Source: Carcharhinus amblyrhynchos
Taxonomy: Eukaryota
Assembly: GCA_965287045.1 (NCBI GenBank)
Contig: OZ336870.1
Span: 80,228,001-80,292,000, forward strand
Direction of reading: 5' to 3'
DNA length: 64,000 nucleotides
Of this stretch, positions 23,568 to 37,024 are shown piece by piece (positions within the stretch are counted from its first letter, which is position 1; each line of letters opens with the position of its first letter). A model generated the notes under the pieces. That model did no database searches, was not told the DNA's origin, and saw only the letters and a list, made by a program, of their open reading frames with translations. The position numbers were made by a program, and so were the translations under genes.

Positions 23568-24770
23568 GTTGCAATAGATCCACAACAGACGCCATCTCCC
23601 TGGCCCTGTACTCAACCCTGGAACATTTAGATAACAAAGACACCTATGTCAGACTCCTATTTATTGACTACAGCTCAGCCTTAAACACCATTATTCCCAC
23701 GAAACTCATCTCCAAATTCCATGGCCTGGGCCTTGGCATCTCCCTGTGACTAGATTCTGAACTTCCTAACCCATAGACCACAATCAGTAAGGATAGGCAA
23801 CAATATTTCCTCCACAATCATCCTCAACACAGGTGCCCCACAAGGCTGTGTTCTCAGGTTCCTACTATACTCCTTATACACCTACGACTGTGAGGCCAAA
23901 TTCCCCTCAAATTCAATTTTCAAGTTTGCTGACAGCACCACCGTGGTAGGTTGGGTCACAAACAATGAGAGACAGAGAGTACAGGAATGAGATAGAGAAT
24001 CTGGTGAACTGGTGCAGCAACAATAATCTCTCCCTCAAAGTCAACAAAATGAAGGAGATTGTCATTGACTTCAGGAAGCATAAAGGAGAACATGCCTTGA
24101 CTACATCAACGGGGATGAAGTAGAAAGGGTCGAGAGCGTGAAGTTTTTTGGTGTCCAGATCACCAACAACTTGCCCTGGTCTCCCTGTGCTGACACTAGT
24201 GTTAAGAAAGCCCACCAATGCCTCTACTTTCTCAGAAGGCTAAGGAAATTTTGCGTGTCACAACTCTCACCAACTTTTACAGACGCACTATAGAAAGTAT
24301 TCTTTCTGGCTGTATCACAGCTTGGTATGGCTCCTGCTCTGCTCAAGACCACAAGGAACTACGAAAGGTTGTGAACGTAGCCCAATCCATCACGCAAAAA
24401 GCCTCCCATCCATTGGCTCTGTCTACACTTCCCGTTGCCTCAGCAAAGCGGCCAGCATAATTAAGGACCCCACGCACACCGGACATTCTCTCCTCCACTT
24501 TCTTCTGTTGGGAAAAAGATACAAAAGTCTGAGATCACATACCAACCAACTCAAGAACAGCTTTTTCCCTGCTGCTGTCAGACATTTGAATGGACTTACC
24601 TTGCATTAAGTTGATTTTCTCTACACTCAGCTTTGACTGCAACACAACATTCTGCACTTTTTTGTTTCCTTCTCTATGAACGGTATGCTTTGTCTGTATA
24701 GCATGCAAAAAACAATACTGTACACAGTATGCTAATATGTGTGACAGTAATAAATCAAATCAAATAAATC
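23568..24770 (+). mobile_element. Rex1/Babar LINE, 5'-truncated, inserted in the Harbinger element
   Basis: [27 protein letters not shown] and FYRRTIESILSGCITAWYG motifs; (AAATC)n tail; frameshifted. Confidence 0.85.
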
Positions 24771-26252
24771 TGATCCTCTTCTCTTGATTCCTTTGGGACT
24801 ACCACCCAATGGGAGCACACTCAGTTGGTGCCTCAACACCATCCCTCGCATCCTTCACTTGGATACTATAGACTCATCTCCACATTGGGCTCTGTCAACT
24901 CCAGCAGGATCCAGTGCGTGGACCCACTAGGATCTCAGTGGCACCAAATGCCCGCATTCCCCAGCCCTCAAGGCCCCCTCCCCACAAAAAATTCTGGTGT
25001 CGTGTTAAAGGGCAGTTGAGAGCCTACATGAGACCAGTATTTGCATCCTGAAGGCAGACCTTGCTAATACACCCCGTCACGACCTCAACTGGGGCGCTTG
25101 ATGATAAACATCACCTTCATGCATAGGGGTTAGTGGTTTTCAGAGAATGTCAGCTCAATGCCTGGCTTGCAAAGGTGGTAAGATGGCCTCCACTAAATGG
25201 CTGTGCTGTTTGGCTGCATACCAATTAATGGCATAACCACCAGTAAAGGGAGGCTGGGTGGTTGTACAGCTAAGGCAAAGCTGAATTGTGTGAGGCCAGC
25301 AAGAAGCATGTCCAGATCATTCCCAGAGGACACCCTGTTTCTCCCTGGTCACAAGAGGTGCAGAGCTGAGCAGCCTTCCACAACCCACTGATATCGACCT
25401 TTACATGCAAGCACCCTGATGGTTGGTTCTGATGCCGGGCAGCTTCTTCCCTTTGTCCTCACACCGCTGTCTGAGTGTAGGTTCCGATCACACTGCAGTC
25501 ATCCTCCCCCCCGAGTGTGAGGCCCTTCAGGCTGCATGAGGGGAGACACAGCCCGTTTCAGAACCCCCGCTCTGCCGTGACAGCTCAGCCTGTCATTGAA
25601 CCCCACCTGGGGAACTCACAGTCTCCCCCAGTGCTGGACCCCTTGTTTTGAAACCCTCCTACCCTCTTGCCAACCCCAACTCCTTCAGCTGCGATATGGA
25701 CAGGAACCCAGGTTGGAGGACATGGGAAACGTTGTCTGCATACCAGCCTTCACAAGCCCTTTACAACAAAGAGTGTCCGGAAATGAAGGGAAGGTATGAC
25801 CTGCAAGTGACCCCTCCATTGTGGGGACAGGGAGTGACCCCTCGCCCTACAATGTTGATTCTGGGACCTCCGCATCCTGCCCTGAATTGAACTTATCTGT
25901 GTCCCCAAGCCCGCTCCAATGCCCTGTATGCAGTGCACACCATGGACAGTGCTGGCTGTCTGAGCACTCAGCTTCAAATTCCCCCTTGGAGGTGAAGGTG
26001 CCAGGTTCACATGCTGTTGTAAATGGTGTTGGCATGGTGTCACGGTGGCACCCGTTGAAAATCCAGGCAAGTCCTGAAGAAAGTGCTCACTAATGACATG
26101 GAGCTTTCTGTGGTCCCACGCCATGTTTCAAGCCATTCCATTGCGAGCAGATGGGAAGATCGGAATTTGGAAACTCGCCGGCACGAATCGCTTTTTCCAG
26201 ATTTTGAGCACACACTGCTATACCCACTAATGGAGAGCTTAAAATCATGCTC
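24771..26252. mobile_element. Probable remainder of the Harbinger element (second-gene region and terminus)
   Basis: GC-richer block with an EDTLFLPGHKR remnant; terminus ...gagcttaaaatcatgctc resembles other Harbinger-type ends in the window. Confidence 0.45.
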
Positions 26253-29039
26253 TTAGTTATTTTTGTTTTAAATTCACATGGAGCCCTCTGATATTTCTTA
26301 CATTCACCTTAGATGGTTACAATAAGGCAGATGTCCCGAAATTTGTCTGTGCAGGAAGTAGATTGACCTTGGAGTTCTCAAAGCCAATAACATCCATTTC
26401 ATCCTGCACAAAACCAACGTAGGAAGATCTGGTAGGTTCTCACAGGAAAAGTGCAACCCCAACCCTGCAATTTCCAAAGTAGCTATTCATTGCCAATCCT
26501 ATAAGGCAACGAAATAACGCCAAAAATCAATTAACTGATCATGCTGGCATTTGATTCATCCTTAATGTCTTTCAGTAAGCAGAGGTTTCATGGAGCCTAT
26601 CACATGGCAGACAGGGCAAAAATTCCCAGGCAATTTCTTGGTCTTCTCTACACAAGAGGGAATCCTGGGCTCTGCTCCATTTTGCCCCAAACCAAACACT
26701 CCATCCTTATCCCAGCAGTTACACCTGGATGTGCCACTACCAAGGGAAGTACTAAATGATTTAAACATTTCAAATTGAAAGATAGCCCACAAAAGAAGAA
26801 AATAAAATGAAAAAGTTGCACCAAACAGTGAATGAGCTCCCAGCTCTTTCATTAACAGTCAAGATTCCCTTATGGTATCCTAGACAATCCTTTGAATCAA
26901 TCACATTGAGTTATTTTACACTTTGGAATGATAAAAGAACAACTCACCAGTGTATGTAAATCTTTCAATTTATAGTGAAGCAATAGAATAAATTCCCATT
27001 GACAAAGAAGGAAAAAGTCAAGAATCTGCCTTCAGGCAAAAATAATGTCTGTGTGAAAATGAGATTCACATTTTATTAAAATAAGTTGGTGCTAGAGTTA
27101 AATAGAAAAGCAAGCCAAAGTCATGAGCCAAGTTCTACACCTGGTCATCAAACATGGTTTGTAATGCTGTCTTTTTCAGGTCTCACTGGAATTAGGAAGT
27201 ATATTCAGCAGTGTGTTAAGCGCAGCTTTTATTTTCTGCCACAATCCATTTGAAAGAGACGTGTACAAATCACCAGTTTTATTTTAGCTCTTTCTCATCA
27301 GGGTAAGTTGATTATTGCTGTATCCAGTGATTAAAGATGTTACATTTGGTACACTATATTGTAGAATGCTGATTAGGCACCACTAAGTCTCCAGAATTAT
27401 TACCATCATCACTTGGGACTTGAGTTTGACTTGAACCCAAATGGCTGAAATATGTTATTTTTTACTAATAACTTCCAAAAGTCAGAAATTAAGCTTTTCA
27501 ACATATGGCAATATCCAGAGGAGATGAGTTGTGGAACAAAAGAAAAAGAGATTTAAAGGGGAACCATACCTTGGGGAATGCGCTCTTTCTTACTCTTATA
27601 TATACATCAGTTTTTGCATTTGTAGATTTGGACCTGTATAGAATGATCAGGAACAATCTGTTGTGAAAGACAGGCTACTGAATCTGAGAGACTTATGACT
27701 CTTCAGATTGATAGTGTAGCGCATGTGCTGGATGTAGCCAGGCAGAGGGAGGATCATGGAGGAAGTTACGAGTTGCAGTATTACATCTTTTACACACTGC
27801 TGGAGGCCAACTTCATCTTCATAATGCATGTCTAACAGTATTTTCCTTGATATCTATGCCATAATTTTCTTCCTTTCTCCCCTGAATGCAATGATTGCCC
27901 CTTGAGTACAAGTAATAGGCGTCATCAAACTCTTATTGGAGTGGCCATTTGGATCTGGCACCCTAGCTGGAATGTCACTGAACTATCTAATCATTGAAAT
28001 CAGCACATTAACCAGGAGACAAATGTTTCTAACACAAACTTACCAATCATACCTCAATGAATGGTAACAAACCTGGTCTCATGGGGAAGCAGTGGGGAGA
28101 TTTTCAATTAAAAATCACATCGCTACCAGTTAGTCTGGGCAAAGATCAATTACTACCTAAGCTTCAATGCTGGCTTACAGGAATACTTGATGAGAAATAT
28201 CCAATTCCATATCAGCCAATGGTGCAATAATGTGTCTCTGTTCCACAGTTTCGAGTTGCTGTAAAAGATACAGTAAATAGTCAATTTTTACACTTGCTTC
28301 ATAACTATGGGTTCAACAAAGGATTATATTTCAGTACTGGTAATCTAATCGACACTTAATGTGTAGGATACTTGAGAGAGCAAGGAGTTTTTATTGATTT
28401 ACATTCCCCTGCAGCACTATTCTCTCCCAATTCATCTTTCAGCTTTGCCATCCAATTCTCTGAGGTTGGAACGTCTGTTAGAATAGTGTTAAACAACGTG
28501 AATCAACCATACACTGTCGGGGGAAGGCTTTGGTTTAAACCCCCCATCAAAATGAATGAATAAAAGCTGAAAAAACAGATGCAAGGAACAACTATGTTTT
28601 CCGACTTGGTACGAAGCCCACTTTTACAATCACTTCTGGATTATAGAAACTTATAGTTTATAATTGACATCCCTCCCCATCAGTTTATTAAAATTTTACA
28701 GCAGGGATCTATAAAGGTTCTTCTGCGGTTTCTGATATTTGTTATGAATGATATGAGTAAGGTTTTGAAGCATTCTCTCTGTGGTCTGTTTGTGTAGGGT
28801 TATACATTGATGGTGCTAATGTGCCACCTATTTCTGTGAGTATAAATGAGCATTCTTGACTTATACTTATTTTACACACTTTATTCTCACAGGTCTCTTG
28901 TGAACATGCTGCAATCTTTGAGGTGACATTGTGCTAGTGTCTGTGATTGCTGTGCACCACAGAGTTACAGGAGAAACAAATTAAATTCAATGTTTGGCCA
29001 ATATAATGTTGAACAATTATTAAAGGAGCTTCCTACTGA

Positions 29040-31570
29040 AGTATGGCATTGGACGGTAACAATCTTATGGTGCATCCCGTCAAGGAAATTCTTGACCTTT
29101 TGAACCTGTAACTAATGTCAATGAAACAGCAACCGAACATCCCCTACAGACCTCCCGGTCAACAGAGAGAAACAACTGCTCTCAAGGCCAAGGATTCTGA
29201 AGCTTGGACTCCAGAACATGGATCAGTCTATTGAATGTTGAAAGTCTCTCGCAGGACAAAAGTGACCATCTGGAAAAGACGCTGAAAACAAATAACATTA
29301 CATAAAATGCAGATCATTAACAATGAGCAACCAGGCCAAGACAAGATCTAAATTATAAGCAGGCAACATCCTTACACTATGCAAAATATTTCTTGGTAAT
29401 TTATCTGAAAGATTAAATGACTAATTATGTTACAAACCCGAGCATGAACAAAGGAGTACCTCCACAACAGCTATTGGCAAGCTGGTAATTAGTCAAACCC
29501 GTACCCTGTCAACAATGGCCTAACCCAACTCTACCACCTCCTCAACACCCAGTCATATATATGAGAGACTTCATTAGTCACCGCACAGAATGGGGGCCAA
29601 GATTCAAGTGATAACAATGGGGAAGCTTGACAGATTGGACATCAGCATGGGAAGTTAATCCTATGTTAGATGCTAAACATCGTACATCGTCCTGGGTTAG
29701 GGAGGGAATAGAACCCTGACCTCACCATTGTCTCATCAGATAGTGAAGGTGTCTCTGTACGCCTGTTCCAACCAGACTTCCTACACAGTCAACATAGACT
29801 GATTGTCAGCCATGTGGGGATTAAAATCCCTGTCATGTCAGCAAAATAGGTGCCAAGGTGGCACCTTCCTTAAGGCATACTGGCTTCGATTTATTGCCAA
29901 GGCTGAGAAAACCACCCACGCAAACGGTGAGGTATGGAACCTCCTGAGGAAACAGAGTATCAAACCCAGCAGAGACTGTTAATCCATGAGTTAGTGCAAA
30001 TGATGTTGCTGCCAAATTATTAACCTACCCAAAGTGATCCTTCGATAAACTGGAGGTCAAAAAAAACCAAAGAAGCAATGGTGAGTTGTCCAGAGCCTTC
30101 CCCACAGTCAGATGACTTTATCCTCGTGGATGTTGGCATAGCAACCATGAAAAAGGGCAAAGTTGTCGGGAAAGATGATATTCCACTGGACTTCCTGCAC
30201 TATCTCGGCTTAGTGGCAAAACAATGGTGACAGGCACTCTTCACAACTGTGGTGAAGAACGGCCACATTCCACAGGTTTGGTATGAGGTGATGGTAATAG
30301 CTCTAAAAAACCCAGGAAAGCCAGCAGATGATCGTAGGAGCTTCAGATCCATTTCATTATTCTACAGAACCTATAATCTCCTGGTATGACCCATTCTTTT
30401 AAAAATGAATTTTATTACCAATTCAACCCTCCTCCAAAAGTAGGCTGGCTCTAGGCCCCAACATTGAACAAGTCTCTGCTTTAACCACAAACATTGAGCT
30501 TGGTTTTCATTGCAAGCTCAAGACTGGAGCCGCTTTCTCAGATCTTTGCTGAGCTCCAGTACTTTGTGGAAACATGGACTGATCTCAAACTGTCCTTGTG
30601 CCAAAATATCCTGGCTGCTGTGTACATTGTGTAGGGTTATACAGCAGGAAAAAGGTCTACCTACAAGACAACATCATTAGTCCAGAGACACTCATCAATG
30701 CTGTTACATGGGTAAGATGGGTGTAAAGGGATCTGGGACAATTAGGACTAGCTTAGGTGACATTGACAAGTTGGGCCGAAGGGCCTGTTTCCATGCTATA
30801 AACATCTATGACTCTGCAACTAATGCTCTCCCATTGGACACTTTTAAACATCTATAGAAACAACATGCCCACCACTTCATCACAAGAATATATTTACGCT
30901 GAGGATAATGCCTTGACAACTCAGGAAATAGCTTTCCAGAATATGGAAGCCACACTAAACTCTGCCATGCTAAAAATATTTGAGTATTTCTATAAATGGA
31001 AACTGCAACTGAACCCAGCCAAGGCCAAAGTCTCTGCTTTCCACCTAAAAAAGTCACAAGGCACACAACACTCCAAATGTTATCTGCTGTGGAGAAAAAG
31101 CATGTCATGACCCAGTTACCTTGCAGTAATTCATGACCTCTCCCTAACTACCAAACATCAACTCCAAACATCTATCGAAAAAACCAAGCCAGGATGAATA
31201 TCATCTGCAAGTTCACCGGTACAAGTAAATCACCATCCTTCATACTTGTGCCATAGCTCTGGTCTTCACTACAGCTGAATACTGTGCACCTGGGTGGACT
31301 TCAAGTCATCGCACCAAACTCACTGACACACAGCTTTGCCGACAAGGATAATCGCTAAAGCTTTGAGATCAAGTCCATTTCAGTGGGAACCAGACTCCCA
31401 AATATCACCGCTCCCACCATTCAACCTGACCCAGCAACATACAGAGAAATAATTCAGATCAGCAGCAACCTGGACCTACCCATCCACTGAGACCTTCCCA
31501 ACTCACCAACCAGCTGTACAAACCCCCCCAGGACACACACTGAGCATCTCCAACCCCGTAACATTGATGA
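29040..31570 (+). mobile_element. Decayed Ingi/Vingi-like LINE (APE endonuclease plus RT)
   Basis: Ordered remnants YMRDFISHRTEWG (~29560), DFLHSQHRLIV (~29775), VIALKNPGKPADDRRSFRSISLF (~30300), YIYAEDNALT / YFYKWKLQLNPAKAKVSAFHL (30890-31050) and ALVFTTAEYCAPGW (~31260). Confidence 0.75.
30705..30815 (+). mobile_element. CR1 3' tail inserted in the Vingi-like element
   Basis: aagttgggccgaagggcctgtttccatgctataaacatctatgactct. Confidence 0.7.
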
Positions 31571-34570
31571 AACCTGGAGGTAAGATTGGACAGAAAACAT
31601 CCTCCCAAATAAACAGAAATGGAATCTCCTGCTCCCGCCAGCAGCAGCAACTGTGGCAGGAAACCAAAATTCTGTTTCCCCACAGCAGAATAAACTGTTG
31701 GAATTTTGATCTCCTGACCTTAAAGATGGTTGATCTTCCTGACAAAAAATGTCGAGAACTCCATTTTTTTTCCAGTGAAAGGTTTTTATTTAATGATTTC
31801 TTAATGCTACAAGTTCTGTCTTCCTAGAGAAAGCCCAGTGGTCCAGGTGGAATTGGAAACACATTCGGGAACTCCATTTCCACACATTAACATCTCGTGC
31901 GTGTTTATTAAAAAGACATGGAATTGCAGGAATTAAGTTTATCCTCCCAATGACATTCCCTTCCAGTGGGATTTTTGAATGTCATACGGCTGTCTTTGAA
32001 TAGTGAGCTTCACCCCCTTCCATCACTTTGAGATCCACAGATTTTGCTTTCTTCATCTTGAGGATCTCACATAATTTCACTCAAATGCTGCACCAAGGCT
32101 GAACAAGGGAAGCAGGTGAAATCTGGAAGGTGGGGGAAGGGTGTTTCTTAGAGGGCAGGGTCGGTGATGTCAGTAGAGGAGCGGGAGTGGGGTTGGGGAC
32201 TCAGGGTACAGGTGCTAGGAGGAAACAAAGGCAGAAAGTAGAATGAGATGCAGTAGGGTAGTAGATGGAGGATCAGAGCTTGATAGGTGAAAGTCTCATC
32301 GGATGGGTCACAAAAGGGGAAAAGGCAAGTGGTTCAAGTAACAAGAGGGGGCAGTGGCAGAGTGGGCGTGGGGACAGTAATGGGTGGTTATCCTGAGGGG
32401 AGGAAAGGCACAAGGAGTGGGATATGATAGTATCCAGCGTAATGGAGAAGGTTGAAGGGTGACAGAGGGGTGGGTCTGTGGTGAGTGGGAGAATGTTGGT
32501 GGGAGACGGGGAGGGTAGAGGGCAATGGAGTGAGTTTGAAAAGTGATGTGTAACGTTTTTCCAAACTGACCTTGATGCAGTTGTCAGACAATGCGAGCCC
32601 TCGAGGTGGGAGGAGGGTCTTTGTGGGTGGATGGAGTTCAAGGTCAGCACAACTGGATGAATAAAGAGACACCCTGGGCATGAAAGATACTCAGTTGTGT
32701 TCTCTCATGATCCAACACATTGTCAGTCACTGATGTTCTGCTGTCTCTCTTGCAAGACAAGTTGATACATGATGGAAGGTAACAGCAGAACTGGTGAAGG
32801 ACAAAGTCATTTGCATCTCCTGAATCCTGCAAAGGTGACTGTCAACATCCTGAGTCCACTTGAGGTCGAATAAGTGATTTTTAAATGTTCACCACAACCA
32901 CTTTATACTTTATACTCTATTTATAATCCTAGGATCCTGAATGCATTATTCATCACTTTCTCAACTTGCCCTGCCACCTTCAGTTATATTTTGCACGTAT
33001 ACCCCTAGCTCCTGCACCCTTCTTTAGAATTCACTTAATATATGGAGATGTTCAAAAGTTGCTCACATTTCATCTTTCATCATCACAAAAACATTCTTTG
33101 TTTTTGCAAGAAGGTAATGTATTATTGCTTATATAAACGCATCCATCCTAACTATTAAATGTGGTGCACTACAGAGCAGTATTAGGCTAAAATCAGGAGC
33201 AATGCATCAAAGTCATGTATTTTTCATTCACACTCATTACTAATTGATTCCTTTTGTTTAATCTGGTTTTAAAGATAGATACCTGCGAGAGATGTAGTCT
33301 GACATTCCAGTACGGCTAGGCTGGACTATAATCAGATACAGCTGGATGCCTGCATCAATCATTTATAAGTCAAACAGGTAGAATGTGAAGCTGATGTGTT
33401 AAGCTAAATTTGGTGACTTGGATTGTTCCATGATAAAGCAAAATTGTAGATGTGAGCACTTCATTTCGTTCAAACTTTTGTTGGCTCCAAATTGATTAAC
33501 TGAGAAAATGGCACAAGACAAAGAATTTCCTTTTAGATTTGGCTATTAAACTCTTTGAAACAGCATATAACCTAAGTGGTAATATCAACATTTAAATTAA
33601 CATATATAGACTGGGAAAGAAATAAGAATCTGCTACCTACTTTTGCTGATCTAAGAAACAGTGGTTCCAAAATAAAAGCTGCAAACTTGTGAAGTCTTTT
33701 TTATAAAATCATTTCCAATTTCAATCACCTTAAAGAAGTTTTGCAGCAGAACATGAGAGACATGCTTTCAGCATTGAGAATATTGATAACAGGCTGGGGG
33801 AAAGCAGCCTGCATTGTCCTGGTAAGGCAGACTTGGCAATAAACAGCACACAAGAATGCATGGGTCACATTCTTACTTCATAAATCACTGTCAAAGATAA
33901 TCCACGATGGCTAGTTAGATGAAAATATAGTGATTTACCACTTTAGAAATTAACCACTTAATATTCAATTGAACCTTAAATAGTTTTCACTGGACATAAG
34001 TCTTCCAAAATTGCATAGATATGTAAACTCACTACATCCTTCACCCAGGGAGATTTCCCGGATAGGAATAGATTAGAGGACCTCTGGTACAACTTCCCAC
34101 ATCATTACAACGTCTGGAGTGAAATCACCCAAATAAAATATTTTACTCCTCACTCATGGAGGAGGATGTTTTATTGTCTTGAGAAGATTGGAAGACTCAG
34201 GATGACTCATAACAGATTAGGAAAAGGGGGCTGTGCCCTGTTCAAACAAAAGAAATCTGAACCAGCTAAATGCAACGGTAATCTTCCAAATACTAAATGA
34301 TAAAAAAGAAATTCCATAGTCTGGTCAGAATCTACTGCATTCAATTGAGGGATATTATAAACAGATGTCAAACACACGTGACTGAGGTTAACTTGATACT
34401 AATGCAGTATGTTTTATACAGATTTGCGTTTATTATCTTCTTGTATCTGCCATAAATTTGACTAGAAATTGATACCAATTCCTGTTCCATTACCCTGTAA
34501 ATGTATTAGAACATTATGAGAACTTGGTCATAAAAAGACTTCCATGATCCCTGCTTTCATGACCTTACAG

Positions 34571-34719
34571 ATAAATGGGTTTCCCATGCAACGGATGCCT
34601 TCTCAGGTGAAGAACCCATCGTGATATCTGAGAAGGTGGAGGAAGCGGAAGAAGTGGCTCCAAGGAAGATAAAAGAAGCAATTCAGAGTGTGCTGAGGAA
34701 CCAACACCAAAGGAACACA
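34571..34719 (+). other. Candidate internal exon, product unassigned
   Basis: Acceptor ...ccttacag|, 149 nt purine-rich with one fully open frame (KWVSHATDAFSGEEPIVISEKVEEAEEVAPRKIKEAIQSVLRNQHQRNT), donor |gtaggt. Confidence 0.25.
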
Positions 34720-35466
34720 GTAGGTGCACTAATTCCAACACAGAAGGAAAATCTACTTTCCTTTTCAGGCATAGCACTTGTTGTTTCTGGCATTTTTTGA
34801 CACATACTGTATCCTGATTTCTTTAAATATTGCAGGTAGAAAGTAAAGTTAAAGTTTATTTATTAGTCTCAAGTAGGCTTAGATTCACACTGTAATGAAG
34901 CCACTGTGAAAATCCCGTAAGTGGCTTGCCTGATGCAAAGTACTTTATGAATGATGCTAATTAGAATGAACATTATTTTAATATTGCTGTTCCTTTAAAT
35001 TCAGTATCTATTATGCTGCAATCCAAATTGTTGTTTTTAAAGTTGCCCAACTAAGCATCGAGTCTAGTAACACAGTGAAAGTTAAAATTCTACAAAATAA
35101 TTCTGTTGATATAAAACTATCCAGCAAACAACAAGCAACAACAGATACTGAACAAACATTCATTGATAAACTCGTCCTTAAAGCCATTCGTAAAAAGTTG
35201 GATAATGCCACAATGATTTATTCAAATGAAGTCTAGCTCCAAATGTTATCTCAGCTTACAATTTATGTGCAATATTTTGTTTATGGCTGATATAAACTGA
35301 TAATATTCACCAAATTCTTAAGCAGAGCAATCGTTACTCTATTTTGTAATAACTGTGTAAGTGATCATTAGTAGAGACTGTGTAATCACCTAGAAACAGT
35401 ACCAAGCATTGTGGAGAACCTCAGTCTGATCATATGCCGCACCTGTTAAATGCTAAGTCATGAGTT

Positions 35467-35811
35467 CATAGAATCATAGAACCCTACTGTGCAGAAAGAG
35501 GCCATTTAGCCCATCGAGTTTGCACTGACCATAATCCCACCCAGGCCCTACCCCTATATCTCTACATATTTTACCTGCTACTCCCTCTAACCTACGCACC
35601 TCAGGACACTAAGGGGCAATTTTAGCATGACTTATCAACCTAACCCACACATCTTTGGACTGTGGGAGGAAACTGGAGCATCCGGAGGAAACCCATGCAG
35701 ACACAAGGAGAATGTGCAAACTCCACACAGACAATGACCCAAGCCGGGAATCAAATCCAGGTCGCTGGGCTGTGAAGCAGCAGTGCTAACCACTGTGCTA
35801 TCGTGCTGCCC
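35467..35811 (-). mobile_element. HE1-type V-SINE (full length)
   Basis: catagaatcatagaa tail, V core and tRNA-like head. Confidence 0.9.
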
Positions 35812-36285
35812 ACCATAAACATAAACATCTTCTTGAGTTCTTGCCTTATTGTTCAAAAGCATTTTAACTACCTAGGTTTTAAATATATGGCAGGAAATTA
35901 ATGCAGTGTTTCTGAAGTCCTCAGTTTCATTAATGTGGATTTACTGCCTCAGACTCAGAAAGGGGACAATCAGTTTATGAATATTTTAAATTCATGTGGT
36001 ATTGTACTTAATAAGTAATGAAATGAGATTTTAGCACAATGAAGTGCTAAGTGCACAATGCCACATTGCAGAGCAAATATGGGCAATCTGAGATTAGGTG
36101 CTAGTTGTGCAGAGGCAAAGAAAGCAACAATAATTTGCAGTTATATAGCACCTTCATTGTAGTAATTTGTTGTTATTGTTTCATGAGATGTGAGCACTGC
36201 CAGCAAGCATTTCTTGCCCATCCCTAATTGCCCTTGAGAAAGTAAGGCACTTCATAGGAACATAACTGAAATTAAACATTGACAC

Positions 36286-36582
36286 TGCGGTGAATGTGGA
36301 GTCTGCCTCTTTCAGACAGTATAGCAGAAGAGGGTTACCTGACATGAGAGATCAATGGGAACTGAGAGTGAGTGATCACCCGAGAGGATGGAGTCCTCCC
36401 TGGAGCAGATACATCTGGATGCCATGTGGTAAACATGTAAGGACTGGAGCAGCCAAGTAGGCTGCTCCAATACAGCCTTAGGCTGCAAACCCCTGTACTT
36501 GGTTCCTCTTATTCAATAAAAACTTTTGTTCCTAACAAATCCTGCATTGGCTTGAGGATGCCTGGATTGCCTCTACGTAACA
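36286..36582 (+). mobile_element. Solo LTR (about 300 bp), apparently within an L2 tail
   Basis: TG...CA ends and AATAAA near 36515; homologous to the reverse complement of 41260-41548. Confidence 0.6.
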
Positions 36583-37024
36583 AAGAAGTCATTAGAATAG
36601 GAGATCAAATGAGCACTTCATGATTTTGTTGTTGTGGCAACCAATAGAATAATTGTCAAGGTACAGACTTCAATAATATCTTGAAATACAATCCACATGT
36701 GATCAGCATCCCTGCTGTCAAACTCAATATCCATGCCCTCCTCATTGGATTACAATAGCTTTGTTCTTGGCAGATGTAAGTTGTCCAGGCTTCACCGCCA
36801 TTCAGCTGTGCTGAGGCTACAAACCTTATAGATAAGTTGCTTGGTGCTGTGAGTCAGTTTGTTGGTTTTCCATGTGTGTTTTGTTAGTAAGCCAAAGTTG
36901 GTGGCTGCCGAATTCATGACTTAAATGTTATTCCGGTATACTAGAACAAAGGCAATTAAGAAGATTGCAATAAATTCTAGCTTAGCTCACTCCTCAGCAT
37001 CATTGAGGAGGTCTTTACTGGAGT

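Noticed and set aside
29120-29240. 2A-like peptide at the N-terminus of the Ingi/Vingi-like ORF
   Set aside because: No D(V/I)ExNPGP motif is visible.
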